DNA of 64,000 bases from Thermoplasmata archaeon (lineage in GTDB: Archaea > Thermoplasmatota > Thermoplasmata > Lutacidiplasmatales > UBA184), in NCBI GenBank assembly GCA_022750375.1, contig JAKIVU010000001.1, forward strand, positions 30,695 through 94,694. The letters run 5' to 3'. Of the stretch, positions 17,324-27,093 are shown in pieces; positions within the stretch are counted from its first letter, which is position 1, and each line of letters starts with the position of its first letter. A model generated the notes under the pieces. The model did no database searches. It was not told the origin of the DNA and saw nothing but the letters and a program-made list of their open reading frames with translations. The translations under genes and the position numbers were made by a program.

Positions 17324-18325
17324 ATGGCTCGTCGGCATAAACCAAGGCGAGGATCTCTCGCCTTTTCTCCGCGTAAGCGCTCCGTGCGCCCGGTTCCCCG
17401 AATCCGTTCGTGGCCAGCCGGCCCTTCCAAACCGACGATCGAAGGATTCGCCGGCTACAAGGTCGGGATGACGCACGCGTTCATCGTGGATTACCGAAAG
17501 CGGTCGACCACCGCGGGGCAGGAAGTGTCGATCCCCGTGACCGTAGTGGAAGTTCCCCCGATCCGGATCGTCGGCGCACGCGTCTACACCCGGAGTCCCT
17601 ACGGCTCACGAGTGACCGGTGAGGTGTGGGGTGCCGGGGCGGCCGAAGAGCTGTCGCGTAGGATCCCTACCCATCCCGCGAGTTCCGCGGACGCCGTCGC
17701 GGCGTTCTCCCACCTGGCCGGGGACGAGATCCGACTCCTGGTCCACACCCAACCGCAGTTGATCACCGGTACCCCCTCGAAGACGCCGCAGATCTTCGAG
17801 GTCCGTGTATCGGGAGACAAGTTCGACGAGCGCCGCGATTTCGCGGTGCAGCAGCTCGGTCAGGAGATCACGGTCGACCAGCTGACCAAGGAGGGCGAAT
17901 TCCTCGACGTGCTCGGCGTGACGAAGGGATTCGGCTTCCAGGGCCATATCCAACGCTGGGGCGTCAAGCTTCAACCGCGAAAGAACTCGAAGCACCGCCG
18001 GATGATCGGTACCCTCGGCCCGCACAATCCCAGCTTCGTTACCTACCGGGTGCCCCAGGCGGGCCAGCAGGGCTACCATCGCCGTACCCAATTCAACATG
18101 CGGGTCCTCAAGGTCGTGCGCGACCCTCGGTCCGACCCGGTGACTCCCGCGGGCGGGTTCCTGCACTATGGCGAGGTGCGGAGTGCCTGCATCATCCTCC
18201 ATGGGTCTCTTCCGGGACCCGCGAAGCGCCTCCTTCGATTCCGCACGCCGATGCGAAGTCGGGTCGCCACCGTCGAAAAGGTCGACCTGCGGTACTTCAG
18301 CAGCCGTTCGAAGCAGGGCGTATGA
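17324..18325 (+). CDS. rpl3: 50S ribosomal protein L3 (uL3)
   Basis: The N-terminus RKRSVRPVPRIRSWP, AGYKVGMTHAF and FGFQGHIQRWG are typical archaeal L3. It is the first gene of the cluster. Confidence 0.9.
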   Translation: MARRHKPRRGSLAFSPRKRSVRPVPRIRSWPAGPSKPTIEGFAGYKVGMTHAFIVDYRKRSTTAGQEVSIPVTVVEVPPIRIVGARVYTRSPYGSRVTGEVWGAGAAEELSRRIPTHPASSADAVAAFSHLAGDEIRLLVHTQPQLITGTPSKTPQIFEVRVSGDKFDERRDFAVQQLGQEITVDQLTKEGEFLDVLGVTKGFGFQGHIQRWGVKLQPRKNSKHRRMIGTLGPHNPSFVTYRVPQAGQQGYHRRTQFNMRVLKVVRDPRSDPVTPAGGFLHYGEVRSACIILHGSLPGPAKRLLRFRTPMRSRVATVEKVDLRYFSSRSKQGV

Positions 18326-19155
18326 CGACGCCCGACTCGCCGGCCATCGCCCCGTCGCCGGTCGAGCATTCGACCCCGCACCATCGGGTCCATCTCGTCG
18401 GCGTGGACGGTAAACCCGGAGCGACCCTCTCCCTCCCGCTCGCGTTCTCCAGCCCGTTCCGGCCGGACCTGATCCATCGTGCGGTCGTCGCGGCGCAGAG
18501 TCACCGGATCCAACCGCACGGAACGAAACTTACCGCCGGCGCTCGGCACTCGGTCCAGTGGTCAGGAAAGGGCAAGGGGATCTCCCGAAGCCCTCGATTG
18601 ATGGACTCGAACCGCGGCGCTCAGGCGAACAATACCGTCGGCGGACGCCCGGCGCACCCTCCGAAAGTCGAGCGGATCTGGGCGAAGAAGATCAACCGGA
18701 AAGAGCGCCAGCTGGCGTTCGCTTCTGCGCTCGGGGCGACCCGCGAGACGAAGCTCGCCACCGCGCGCGGACACACGGTCCCCTTGGGCCTCCATCTCCC
18801 GGTCGTCATGGAAGACCCGGTCGAAGAGATCCACACCTCGGCGGACGCGCGCACTCTCCTCCAACGGCTGAAACTCTGGGCCGACGTCACCCGCGCCCAG
18901 GACGGGACCCACATCCGCGCGGGCCGCGGAAAGCGACGAGGCCGGGTCCGACGAACGCCCCGCAGCCTCTTGATCGTCACGAGCGCTCCAGGCAAGGCGC
19001 GGGGATTCCGGAACCTTTCCGGTGTCGAAGTCGTTCCCGTGCTCCGCCTCGCGACCGAAGACCTCGCGCCGGGCGGCACCGCGGGGCGTTTGACGTTGTT
19101 CTCTCACGCAGCGGTCGAGTCGTTGCGCGCGCGGCTGGGGGAGGTCGCTCCGTGA
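18322..19155 (+). CDS. rpl4: 50S ribosomal protein L4 (uL4)
   Basis: Position after L3, overall similarity to archaeal L4 (PRLMDSNRGAQANN), and the ATGA overlap. Confidence 0.85.
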   Translation: MTTPDSPAIAPSPVEHSTPHHRVHLVGVDGKPGATLSLPLAFSSPFRPDLIHRAVVAAQSHRIQPHGTKLTAGARHSVQWSGKGKGISRSPRLMDSNRGAQANNTVGGRPAHPPKVERIWAKKINRKERQLAFASALGATRETKLATARGHTVPLGLHLPVVMEDPVEEIHTSADARTLLQRLKLWADVTRAQDGTHIRAGRGKRRGRVRRTPRSLLIVTSAPGKARGFRNLSGVEVVPVLRLATEDLAPGGTAGRLTLFSHAAVESLRARLGEVAP

Positions 19156-19415
19156 GCGAGTTCCGCCACCGCGTCGTCCTCCACGCCTACGTCACGGAGA
19201 AGTCGATGGACGAGATGGAGCGCCTCAACAAGCTCGAGTTCGCCGTCGACCGGCGCGCCACCCGCGCCGAGATCAAGCGGGCGGTCGAGGGACTCTACCA
19301 GTGCAAGGTGTCGAAGGTCAACACCAAGATCGTGCGGTCGGGGAAGATCGCGACCATCACGTTCACGAAGGACTTCTCCGCCGAGGATATCGGCAGCCGC
19401 GCCGGGGTGTTCTGA
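19152..19415 (+). CDS. rpl23: 50S ribosomal protein L23 (uL23)
   Basis: The GTG start overlaps the L4 stop. VVLHAYVTEKSMDEME...NKLEFAVD...ATITF is the L23 signature. Confidence 0.85.
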   Translation: MSEFRHRVVLHAYVTEKSMDEMERLNKLEFAVDRRATRAEIKRAVEGLYQCKVSKVNTKIVRSGKIATITFTKDFSAEDIGSRAGVF

Positions 19416-20146
19416 TGGGGAAACGCATCATCTCCCGCCGTCGGGGCAGCGGCACCGGCACGTACCGGTCGCCGAGCCACCGCCATCACGGCCCCGTCTA
19501 TCTGCCGCCACCGTCGGTCGTCGGGGAGGGCAAGGTCCTCCGGATCGTCCCGGCCCCCGGACGCACGGCGCCGGTCGCCGACGTCGCCGGACCGGACGGC
19601 AAGGAGCTGCGCGTACTCGCCACCGCCGGTCTCGCGACCGGGGACTCGATCACTTTCCAGGAAGGCCGCGTCGACCGAGGCTCGATCCTTCCGCTCGGCA
19701 AGATCCCGGACGGCACGCTCGTTTCGAACCTCGAGGTCAAGCCGTTCGACGGCGGCCGACTCGTGCGCTCGGCCGGCGCGAGTGCCCTCGTGGTCGCCCA
19801 CACCGAGCGGGACGTGACGATCCAGCTTCCGAGCGGGGCGTTCAAGCAGTTCCTCGCCACCTGCCGCGCCCAGGTCGGAGCGGTCGGCGGCAGCGGTCGC
19901 CGGGAGCGACCGATCATCAAGGCGGGAAAGAAGGTCTGGACGACCCGTTCGCTCGCCCGTGCGGCCTTCAAGGTCCGTGGTGTCGCGATGAACCCCGTCA
20001 ACCACCCGTTCGGTGGCGGCGCGCACCAGCATGTCGGGCGCCCGAGCACCGTCGCGAGCGGCACGTGGCCGGGGGCCAAAGTCGGGCGGTTCTCCCGGTC
20101 GGTGCGCGTGAAGAAGCGTCTCCGCGAGCAGAAGGGAGGTGGCTGA
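19415..20146 (+). CDS. rpl2: 50S ribosomal protein L2 (uL2)
   Basis: MGKRIISRRRGSGT...HRHHGP...NPVNHPFGGGAHQHVG is classic L2. Start and stop overlap L23 as TGATG. Confidence 0.95.
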   Translation: MGKRIISRRRGSGTGTYRSPSHRHHGPVYLPPPSVVGEGKVLRIVPAPGRTAPVADVAGPDGKELRVLATAGLATGDSITFQEGRVDRGSILPLGKIPDGTLVSNLEVKPFDGGRLVRSAGASALVVAHTERDVTIQLPSGAFKQFLATCRAQVGAVGGSGRRERPIIKAGKKVWTTRSLARAAFKVRGVAMNPVNHPFGGGAHQHVGRPSTVASGTWPGAKVGRFSRSVRVKKRLREQKGGG

Positions 20147-20148
20147 GC

Positions 20149-20574
20149 ATGGCGAAAGCCCGGAAGGCGAAGAAGGTCGAGGCCCGCCGGAAGCGGGAGT
20201 TCTCGTTCCGCGGCCTCTCCCTGCCGCAGCTCCAGGCGATGAGCCTCGAGGAGTTCGCGAAGGTCGCCTCCAGCCGTGCCCGCCGGTCGATCCGGCGGGG
20301 ATTCAACATCGAGACCTCGATCTTCTTCGAGCGGATGCAATCGACCCCCGCGACCAAGGTCGTCCGGACGCACGTCCGCGACGCGCTCGTCCTGCCGGCC
20401 CATGTCGGCCGCCACGTGGCGATCCACAACGGGAAGGAGTTCAAGGAGATCGAGGTGCGACCCGAGATGGTCGGCCATTACTACGGCGAGTTTTCGCTCA
20501 CCCGCCGATTCGAAAAGCACTCGGGACCCGGCGTCGGGGCGACGCGGTCGTCGAAGTTCATGCCGTTGAAGTGA
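20149..20574 (+). CDS. rps19: 30S ribosomal protein S19 (uS19)
   Basis: FSFRGLSLPQLQAMSLEEF...HNGKEFKEIEV... is archaeal S19. Confidence 0.9.
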   Translation: MAKARKAKKVEARRKREFSFRGLSLPQLQAMSLEEFAKVASSRARRSIRRGFNIETSIFFERMQSTPATKVVRTHVRDALVLPAHVGRHVAIHNGKEFKEIEVRPEMVGHYYGEFSLTRRFEKHSGPGVGATRSSKFMPLK

Positions 20575-20591
20575 GGACGGGCGGTCGAACG

Positions 20592-21050
20592 ATGCGGGGC
20601 TACACGTACCAGGACGAGCCGGGCGTGAGCGTCGGCCGGGCCCGCGGGGTCGAGATCCCGATGTCCCCGAAGAAGACGTACGAGGTGTTGAACGCGATCC
20701 GCGGGCTCCCGCTCGACCGGGCGCGCCGGATCCTCGAGGACGCGGTGGAGCTCAAGAAAGCGATCCCGTTCCGTCGTTACAATCAGGAGACGGCGCACCA
20801 TCGCGGCGTCGGCCCCGGCCGGTTCCCCATCAAGGTCGCAAAGCAGGTCCTGCAGCTCCTCAAGAACGCCGAGGAGAACGCCGAGTACGACAGCCTCGAC
20901 ACCGACCGGCTCTACATCAAGGTCGCCGCCTGCGCGCGCGGCCGGATCCGCAAAGCGTCGATGCCCCGCGCCCAGGGCCGCGCGACGGCGTGGAACGAGC
21001 AGACGACGAACGTGGAGATCATTCTCGCCGAACGGAAGGAGGCGTCGTGA
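20592..21050 (+). CDS. rpl22: 50S ribosomal protein L22 (uL22)
   Basis: The call rests on position and sequence (KKTYEVLNAIRGLPLDRA...). Confidence 0.85.
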   Translation: MRGYTYQDEPGVSVGRARGVEIPMSPKKTYEVLNAIRGLPLDRARRILEDAVELKKAIPFRRYNQETAHHRGVGPGRFPIKVAKQVLQLLKNAEENAEYDSLDTDRLYIKVAACARGRIRKASMPRAQGRATAWNEQTTNVEIILAERKEAS

Positions 21051-21742
21051 GCGCCGAACAGAAGGTCATCCAGGAAGCGATGCGGCGGGTCCTGCTGAAG
21101 GATTACCTCGTCCAGGAGAGCGCCCGCGCCGGGTTCGGTGGGCTCGAGATCACCCGCACCCCGATGGGCACCCGGGTCACCCTCATCTGCGAACGCCCCG
21201 GCATCCTGATCGGGCACCGCGGGGAGCTGATCAAGCGTCTCACCGAGGACATCCAGCATCGTTTCCAACTCGACAATCCCCAGATCGAGGTGCAGGAGGA
21301 GCGCCAGCCGAGCCTCAACGCCCAGCTGATGAGCGAGAAGCTCGCCTCGACGCTCGAGCGCGGATGGCACTTCCGACGCGCCGGCCACTCCACCGTCCGT
21401 CGTATCATGGAGTCGGGAGCCCGGGGGTGTCAGGTCATTCTTTCCGGCAAGCTCACCGGCGAGCGGCACCGGACGGAGCGGTTCAAGGCCGGGACGATCA
21501 AGTACTGCGGGGAAGCGGTCCACCTCTGGATCGGGAAGGGATTCTACCAGGCCCGGTTGAAACCGGGCGTCATCGGGGTCAACGTCTGGATCATGCGCCC
21601 GACGGCGAAGCTGCCCGACGAGATCACGGTGAAGGGGGTAGAGGAGCGACCCAAGACGACCCCGGTCGAGTTGCCTCCGCTGGACGACCCGGCGATCCCT
21701 CTGCCTCCCGTTGAACTTCCCGGCGCCCCGGGGGTCCCGTGA
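21047..21742 (+). CDS. rps3: 30S ribosomal protein S3 (uS3)
   Basis: The KH domain is LEITRTPMGTRVTLICERPGILIGHRGE. The GTG start overlaps the L22 stop. Confidence 0.9.
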   Translation: MSAEQKVIQEAMRRVLLKDYLVQESARAGFGGLEITRTPMGTRVTLICERPGILIGHRGELIKRLTEDIQHRFQLDNPQIEVQEERQPSLNAQLMSEKLASTLERGWHFRRAGHSTVRRIMESGARGCQVILSGKLTGERHRTERFKAGTIKYCGEAVHLWIGKGFYQARLKPGVIGVNVWIMRPTAKLPDEITVKGVEERPKTTPVELPPLDDPAIPLPPVELPGAPGVP

Positions 21743-21969
21743 CGCTGCTCCGCATGAAGGAACTCCGAGAACTCTCGGAGGACGACCTCAAGCGTAAGAT
21801 CTCCGACGCGGAGAACGACCTGCTCCGGGAACGCGGCGTCGCCGCGATGGGCGGCGCGCCGCCGAGCCCCGGTCGGATGCGGGCGCTCCGCACGAACGTC
21901 GCGCGCGCGCTCACGGTGCTCAACGAGCGGTCGCTCGCGATCCGTCCCCGGGAGGCTCGACGTCCGTAG
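21739..21969 (+). CDS. rpl29: 50S ribosomal protein L29 (uL29)
   Basis: RMKELRELSEDDLKRKISDAENDLLRERG matches L29. Confidence 0.85.
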   Translation: MTLLRMKELRELSEDDLKRKISDAENDLLRERGVAAMGGAPPSPGRMRALRTNVARALTVLNERSLAIRPREARRP

Positions 21970-21988
21970 GGGGCCTCGAGGTGCACCG

Positions 21989-22315
21989 ATGTCGCAGGGG
22001 ACGGGGACCACGGTCGAACTCAGCCGTACGCAGCGCGAAGCGCTCGCCGGCGAGATCCTGGGCGCCTCGGTCGCGATCCCGGCGTCGCCGGGAATTCACT
22101 CCCCCGTCGAAGGCACCCTCATCGACGAGTCCCTCTCCACCTTCCTCCTCCGCGTTCCGGGGCGCACGCGTCCGCTGCGTGTGTCGAAGACCGGCCTCGA
22201 GGGGACGATCGTCCTCGGCGCCGGAGAGTTACCGTTAAGAGGCGATACCCTTCGCGTCCGTCCCGAGGACCGCACGAAGCGGCTCTTGACCGGTGGTCCT
22301 CGGAGGTTCCGATGA
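21989..22315 (+). CDS. rnp1: RNase P protein component 1 (Rpp29/Pop4-like)
   Basis: The archaeal syntenic slot between L29 and S17, the size (108 aa), and a beta-rich sequence with [10 protein letters not shown]...[13 protein letters not shown] support the call. Confidence 0.55.
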   Translation: MSQGTGTTVELSRTQREALAGEILGASVAIPASPGIHSPVEGTLIDESLSTFLLRVPGRTRPLRVSKTGLEGTIVLGAGELPLRGDTLRVRPEDRTKRLLTGGPRRFR

Positions 22316-22740
22316 CACCGACCCGTACGCCTGCTGCTCGCCGGGCCCGGGATATCGGTCTCGACGTTCGCGCGCCGAAGACGCGGTGCGACGACCGCCA
22401 CTGTCCGTTCCACGGCCGCCTCCCGCTGCGCGGTCAGGTGCTCGAGGGGACCGTCGTCTCCACCTCCATGCAGCGCACCGCCGTGGTCGAGCGGACCCTG
22501 CTTCACTTCGTTCCCAAGTACGAACGGTACGAGAAGCGACGCCGGCGCTACCTCGCCCATGCCCCGGCGTGCCTCAACGTCCCGGTCGGGCACCGGGTCC
22601 GCATCGCCGAGACCCGCCCGCTCTCCAAGCTCGTCTCCTTCTGCATCGTCGAGGACCTCGGCGAAGCGTCGTTCCGCGTCACGAGCGAGGAACCGGTCGT
22701 TCCCGCGAGCACCCCCGAGCCGAAAGAGGAGTCCGCATGA
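22312..22740 (+). CDS. rps17: 30S ribosomal protein S17 (uS17) with acidic C-terminal extension
   Basis: [37 protein letters not shown] and [13 protein letters not shown] match S17. Confidence 0.9.
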   Translation: MTPTRTPAARRARDIGLDVRAPKTRCDDRHCPFHGRLPLRGQVLEGTVVSTSMQRTAVVERTLLHFVPKYERYEKRRRRYLAHAPACLNVPVGHRVRIAETRPLSKLVSFCIVEDLGEASFRVTSEEPVVPASTPEPKEESA

Positions 22741-23135
22741 AGGGACTCGCCGGACGCCGGGGCCGAAACCTGCCGAAGGGGGCGCGGCTCGACGTCGTCG
22801 ACAATACCGGCGCGAAGATCGTCGAGATCATCGCCGTCATGAACTGGCACGGCACCCACCGCCGCTACCCGCGGGCGGGGATCGCCGACCTCATCGTCGT
22901 CTCCGTCAAGAAGGGGACTCCCGAGATGCGGAAGCAGGTGCTGCACGCGGTCATCGTACGGGCGCGGGCTCCGTTCCGTCGACCCGACGGCACGCGCCTT
23001 CAGTTCGAGGATAACGCCGCCGTCATCACGACCGAGACCGGCGAGATCAAGGGTTCCCAGATCAAGGGGCCGGTGGCAAAGGAGGCCGCCGAGCGCTGGC
23101 CGCGGATCGCGGCCGCCTCGTCGATCATCGTCTAG
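22737..23135 (+). CDS. rpl14: 50S ribosomal protein L14 (uL14)
   Basis: [17 protein letters not shown] ... [17 protein letters not shown] matches L14. ATGA overlap with S17. Confidence 0.95.
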   Translation: MKGLAGRRGRNLPKGARLDVVDNTGAKIVEIIAVMNWHGTHRRYPRAGIADLIVVSVKKGTPEMRKQVLHAVIVRARAPFRRPDGTRLQFEDNAAVITTETGEIKGSQIKGPVAKEAAERWPRIAAASSIIV

Positions 23136-23149
23136 GAGGCGCCTCGTCG

Positions 23150-23689
23150 ATGCGGATCTCTCCCCACTCCCCGCGCCGCCAACGCAAGGCGCTCTACACC
23201 GCGGGGCCGTTCCAACGGCGCCGACGGATGACCGTGCCGCTGTCGCGGGACCTGCGGAGCCGCTTCCACGCCCGTTCCGTCCCGATCCGCAAGGGAGACA
23301 CCGTCCGTGTCCTCTCCGGCAGTTTCGTCGGCCGCGAGGAGCGGGTCGCCAAGGTCGACCGACGGGGCTACTCCGTGATCCTGGACAACGTGACGCTGAA
23401 AACCGGTGAGGAGAAGTTGAAGCCCCTCCCGATCCGGACCAGCCACCTCGTCATCACGCGCCTGAACCTTTCCGACCCGTGGCGCCGCCGAGTCCTCAAG
23501 GTCTCCGACGAGGAGGTCACTCCCGAGGAGCGGGGCGTAGTCGCGGAGGAAGAGGAGACGGCCGAACCCGTGTCCGCACCGACGCCCGCACTTCCCCCCG
23601 CCGAAGCGCCCTCGCCTAAACCCAAAGCCAAGCGCGCGTCGAAGGCCGCGCCCAGCGACACGGCTCCACCGCCCGAGGAGGACGCATGA
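23150..23689 (+). CDS. rpl24: 50S ribosomal protein L24 (uL24) with about 60-aa Glu/Pro/Ala-rich C-terminal extension
   Basis: The KOW motif is KGDTVRVLSGSFVGREERV. The tail EEVTPEERGVVAEEEETAEPVSAPTPALPP... is low complexity. Confidence 0.85.
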   Translation: MRISPHSPRRQRKALYTAGPFQRRRRMTVPLSRDLRSRFHARSVPIRKGDTVRVLSGSFVGREERVAKVDRRGYSVILDNVTLKTGEEKLKPLPIRTSHLVITRLNLSDPWRRRVLKVSDEEVTPEERGVVAEEEETAEPVSAPTPALPPAEAPSPKPKAKRASKAAPSDTAPPPEEDA

Positions 23690-24402
23690 CGTTCCGTCTC
23701 AAGCGCCGCGCCGCTCCGCGGGCGTGGACGATCCCTCGCAAAGGGACGAAATGGGTCAAGCGACCCGGCCCCGGACCCCACGCCCAGGACCAGTCGATCC
23801 CCCTCCTCCTCGTGCTACGTGATATCCGCCACATCGTCGAGAACGCGCGCGAGGCGCGGATCCTCGTCCGGACCGGCGCCGTCCGAGTGGACGGTCAGGT
23901 CGCAAAGGACCTCGACCGGGGGCTCGGCCTGATGGACACGCTCTCGTTCGCTGCCCCGCTCAACGCGCACTTCCGGGTCGTGAAGGACCGGCGGGGCAAA
24001 CTTGTCCTCGTCGCGATCCCCTCGACCGAAGCGACCGTCAAGATCGGCCGCGTTCGATTCAAGCATACGGTCCGGAAGGGCCAGGTGGAGGTCACGCTCC
24101 ACGACGGACGCAACCTCCTCGTGCCCCCGACGAGCGCCTATCGGGTCGGGGATTCGTTGAAGCTCGAGGTTCCGAGCCAGAAGGTCGTCGACCACATCCC
24201 GCTCGCCGCGGGTGCGCTCGCCTACGTCGCGGGAGGTTCGCACGTGGGGGAGCTTGCTCGGGTCGAGCGGGTCGAGGTCCGCAACTCCTCCCAACCGAAC
24301 CTCGTGCATTTCAAGGAAGGATTCTCGACCGTCAAGGAGTACGTCTTCGTGGTCGGCCAGACGTCCCCCGAGGTCACGCTCGCGGAAGGGGTCGACCGAT
24401 GA
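23686..24402 (+). CDS. rps4e: 30S ribosomal protein S4e
   Basis: MTFRLKRRAAPRAWTIPRKGTKWVKRPGPGPH matches archaeal S4e. Confidence 0.9.
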   Translation: MTFRLKRRAAPRAWTIPRKGTKWVKRPGPGPHAQDQSIPLLLVLRDIRHIVENAREARILVRTGAVRVDGQVAKDLDRGLGLMDTLSFAAPLNAHFRVVKDRRGKLVLVAIPSTEATVKIGRVRFKHTVRKGQVEVTLHDGRNLLVPPTSAYRVGDSLKLEVPSQKVVDHIPLAAGALAYVAGGSHVGELARVERVEVRNSSQPNLVHFKEGFSTVKEYVFVVGQTSPEVTLAEGVDR

Positions 24403-24956
24403 GCACCCCTCCCGGCTCCGTCGTCACCCCCGCCGTTCCGGCGAGCGGGAACCCGCACCGCGCGATCCGCGTCATCAAGATCGTCGTCAACGCCGGCGTC
24501 GGCGAGTCCGGTGAGAACCGGACCAAGGCCGAGAAGGTGCTCAAGATGATCACGAGCCAGAAACCGATCGCGACCCGGGCCCATTCGACCAACCGGGATT
24601 TCGGGATCCGGCAGGGGCAGGAGATCGGGGCGAAGGTCACGCTCCGCGGTGCCGCGGCGGTCGACTTCCTGAATCGTGCCTTCGAGGCCCGGGACCGACA
24701 GCTCGACGTCGATTCGATCGACCGGAACGGCAACTTCTCCTTCGGGATCGCCGATTACACCGATTTCACCGGGATGAAGTACGACCCGCAGATCGGGATT
24801 CACGGGATGGACGTCGCGGTCGAAGTCGGCCGTGCCGGCTACCGGGTCCGCCAGCGCCACTTGCAGTCCCGCCCGATCCCCCGTTCGATCCGCTCCACGG
24901 CGGCGGAGACGCGCGCGTTCCTCGAATCGATGTTCCACGTCACGGTGCTGGAGTGA
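24399..24956 (+). CDS. rpl5: 50S ribosomal protein L5 (uL5)
   Basis: [17 protein letters not shown] ... GMDVAVEV matches L5. Confidence 0.9.
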   Translation: MSTPPGSVVTPAVPASGNPHRAIRVIKIVVNAGVGESGENRTKAEKVLKMITSQKPIATRAHSTNRDFGIRQGQEIGAKVTLRGAAAVDFLNRAFEARDRQLDVDSIDRNGNFSFGIADYTDFTGMKYDPQIGIHGMDVAVEVGRAGYRVRQRHLQSRPIPRSIRSTAAETRAFLESMFHVTVLE

Positions 24957-24958
24957 GC

Positions 24959-25108
24959 ATGTCGAAACCCAAGAAGCGCTTCGGACGGAAGGAGGGATGC
25001 CTGCGATGCGACCGCAAGCGCGGCATCGTTCGTCGGTACGGACTCCACGTCTGCCGCCAATGCTTCCGCGAGGTCGCGGTCGACCTGGGATTCCGGAAGT
25101 ACCAGTAG
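24959..25108 (+). CDS. rps14: 30S ribosomal protein S14 type Z (uS14, zinc-binding)
   Basis: The 49-aa [43 protein letters not shown] was hand-translated; it is absent from the ORF track because it is under 60 aa. It carries CxxC...CxxC. Confidence 0.85.
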   Translation: MSKPKKRFGRKEGCLRCDRKRGIVRRYGLHVCRQCFREVAVDLGFRKYQ

Positions 25109-25120
25109 GAGGGGGCTCGC

Positions 25121-25510
25121 ATGCAACACGATCTACTCAACGACGCCCTCGTCACGCTCCGCCACGCGGACCGCGACGGGAAGCCGAACGTCGAGCTGGC
25201 GCCGACCTCCAAGCTCATCGCGGAGGTCCTCCGGATCTTCCGCGAGCACCACTACATCGAGGAGTTCACCTTCGTTCCGACCGGTCGCGGCGGCAAGTAC
25301 GACGTGCGGCTCGCCCGTCGCATCAACTCGTGCGGCGTGATCAAGCCCCGCCTCGCGGTCCCGCACGACGGGCTCGAGCGGTACGAGGCCCGGTTCCTGC
25401 CGGCGCAAGACTTCGGACTCCTCGTCCTCTCCACCAACCGCGGGGTGCTCTCGCACCAGCAGGCCCGGGAATTGAAGATCGGAGGTCGGCTGCTCGCCTA
25501 TGTCTACTGA
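25121..25510 (+). CDS. rps8: 30S ribosomal protein S8 (uS8)
   Basis: LNDALVTLRHADRDGK ... GVLSHQQARELKIGGRLLAYVY matches S8. Confidence 0.9.
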   Translation: MQHDLLNDALVTLRHADRDGKPNVELAPTSKLIAEVLRIFREHHYIEEFTFVPTGRGGKYDVRLARRINSCGVIKPRLAVPHDGLERYEARFLPAQDFGLLVLSTNRGVLSHQQARELKIGGRLLAYVY

Positions 25511-26063
25511 TCCAGACCGCTCGCGGGAGGTCGTCGAGATCCCCACGGGCATCACCTTCACGGTCTCGCCCGGTCGCCTTGGGGCGAAAGGTCCGCTCGG
25601 CCATGTCGAGCGTCCGTTCCCGTCGGACGTCATTGAGCTCACGGCCAAAGGCGGCAAGGTGACCCTGAAGCTTCGGATCGCGTCGGACCGCAAACGGTCC
25701 CAGTCGCTGCTCAAGACCTGGGCGGCCCACGTCCGAAACCTCGCGCAGGGGCTGACGTTCGGGGTCGAAGCGAAGATGAAGGTCGTCGCGGCGCACTTTC
25801 CGATGAAGGTCTCGGTCCGCGGCGAAGAGCTCGTCATCGAGAACTTCCTGGGCGAGAAGTACCCGCGCACGACGCGCCTCTGGCCGGGCACGAAGGCGGT
25901 CGTCGAGGGGGACATCGTCACCCTCACCGGTCACGACGTGGAGCAGGTCGGTCAGAGCGCCGCGAACATCGAGCGCGTGACCCACATCCGGGACTACGAC
26001 CCCCGCGTCTTCCAGGACGGCATCTATCTCACCGAGCGCGCCCACATGAAAGAGGCGGCGTAA
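25500..26063 (+). CDS. rpl6: 50S ribosomal protein L6 (uL6)
   Basis: Position, and two repeated beta domains (GITFTVSPG...KGPLG / ...VSVRGEELVIENFLGEK). Confidence 0.9.
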   Translation: MSTDPDRSREVVEIPTGITFTVSPGRLGAKGPLGHVERPFPSDVIELTAKGGKVTLKLRIASDRKRSQSLLKTWAAHVRNLAQGLTFGVEAKMKVVAAHFPMKVSVRGEELVIENFLGEKYPRTTRLWPGTKAVVEGDIVTLTGHDVEQVGQSAANIERVTHIRDYDPRVFQDGIYLTERAHMKEAA

Positions 26064-26626
26064 TGGCGGACGAGCCGACCGAGAGCGCGTCCCCCGCGAC
26101 GCCCTCCCCTCCCGCGAAACGACGCCGCCGGGCGAGCGCCAAGAGCGACACCCCCGAACCGAAGGTCCCGGCGAAGAAGGAGAGCACCGACGAGGTGCGC
26201 GCTCCCCGGCGGGCGACGCTCGCCGTCGATCGACGCCGGCTCCTCACGCTGCGACGGGCGCTGGACAAGAAGCGCCCGATCTTCGGACGCACGGCGGCGA
26301 ACCGGTACTGGCGGATCGGTCGGGACGGCGCCTGGCGTCGCCCGCGGGGCCTGCAGTCGAAGCAACGCCGCCACTACGGCTACCGGAGCCAGATCGTGAG
26401 CATCGGGTACCGCTCCCCGGCGGCCGTTCGGGGCCTGGTGCCCAGTGGGTTCCGTCCGATCATCGTTCACACTCCGAAAGAGATCGAGGGGATCGACCCC
26501 GCCACCGAAGCGGCGATCATCGCGCGGACGGTCGGCACCCGACGGCGACTCACCCTCGAGGAGACCGCCCGCAAGCTCGGCGTCCATATCCTGAACCCAA
26601 TCGTTAAGTCCGAGCGGGAGGCGTAG
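26063..26626 (+). CDS. rpl32e: 50S ribosomal protein L32e with about 50-aa basic/Pro-rich N-terminal extension
   Basis: RPIFGRTAANRYWRIGRDGAWRRPRGLQSKQRRHYGYR is the L32e core. Confidence 0.85.
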   Translation: MADEPTESASPATPSPPAKRRRRASAKSDTPEPKVPAKKESTDEVRAPRRATLAVDRRRLLTLRRALDKKRPIFGRTAANRYWRIGRDGAWRRPRGLQSKQRRHYGYRSQIVSIGYRSPAAVRGLVPSGFRPIIVHTPKEIEGIDPATEAAIIARTVGTRRRLTLEETARKLGVHILNPIVKSEREA

Positions 26627-26631
26627 GAGCG

Positions 26632-27093
26632 ATGCCGGACCTCTCGAATCAGCGGCGCATGGCCGCCGCCCTCCTGAAATGTGGAGAGGGGCGCGTCTGG
26701 ATCGACCCCGCGAGCCAGGAGGAGTTGGCGGACGCGGTCACCCGTAGCGACGTGCGAAGCGCGATCAAGGCGGGGGTCATCCGCCGGAAGCGGATCCCCG
26801 GTACTTCTCGCGTACGGGCGCGACTGCACGCCCTCGAGGTCAAGAAGGGACGTCATTCGGGTCCCGGCTCGCGGCGCGGCACCCCGCGCGCGCGCCTACC
26901 GAAGAAGGACCGCTGGATGCGCCGCATCCGCGCCCAACGCGACCTGCTGCAGGAACTTCGCGACTCGAAGAAGATTCCCTCCGGAGTCTACCGCCAATTC
27001 TACCGCCGCGCGAAGGGCGGCATGTTCCGCAGTCGCGCTCACCTCGTCGTCAACCTTCGCCTCGCGGGCCACCTGAAGGAGGAGGGCGCATGA
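26632..27093 (+). CDS. rpl19e: 50S ribosomal protein L19e
   Basis: MPDLSNQRRMAAALLKCGEGRVWIDP matches L19e. Confidence 0.9.
   Translation: MPDLSNQRRMAAALLKCGEGRVWIDPASQEELADAVTRSDVRSAIKAGVIRRKRIPGTSRVRARLHALEVKKGRHSGPGSRRGTPRARLPKKDRWMRRIRAQRDLLQELRDSKKIPSGVYRQFYRRAKGGMFRSRAHLVVNLRLAGHLKEEGA

Noticed and set aside
14535-17471. 978-aa ORF on the plus strand
   Set aside because: It is antisense to the well-supported threonine dehydratase and DUF2203 genes. The composition is Arg/Gly/Pro-rich, typical of stop-codon-poor frames in about 70% GC DNA.
19295-20520. Long minus-strand ORFs (245 and 340 aa) across the L2/S19 region
   Set aside because: They are antisense to universally conserved ribosomal protein genes, so they are GC artefacts.
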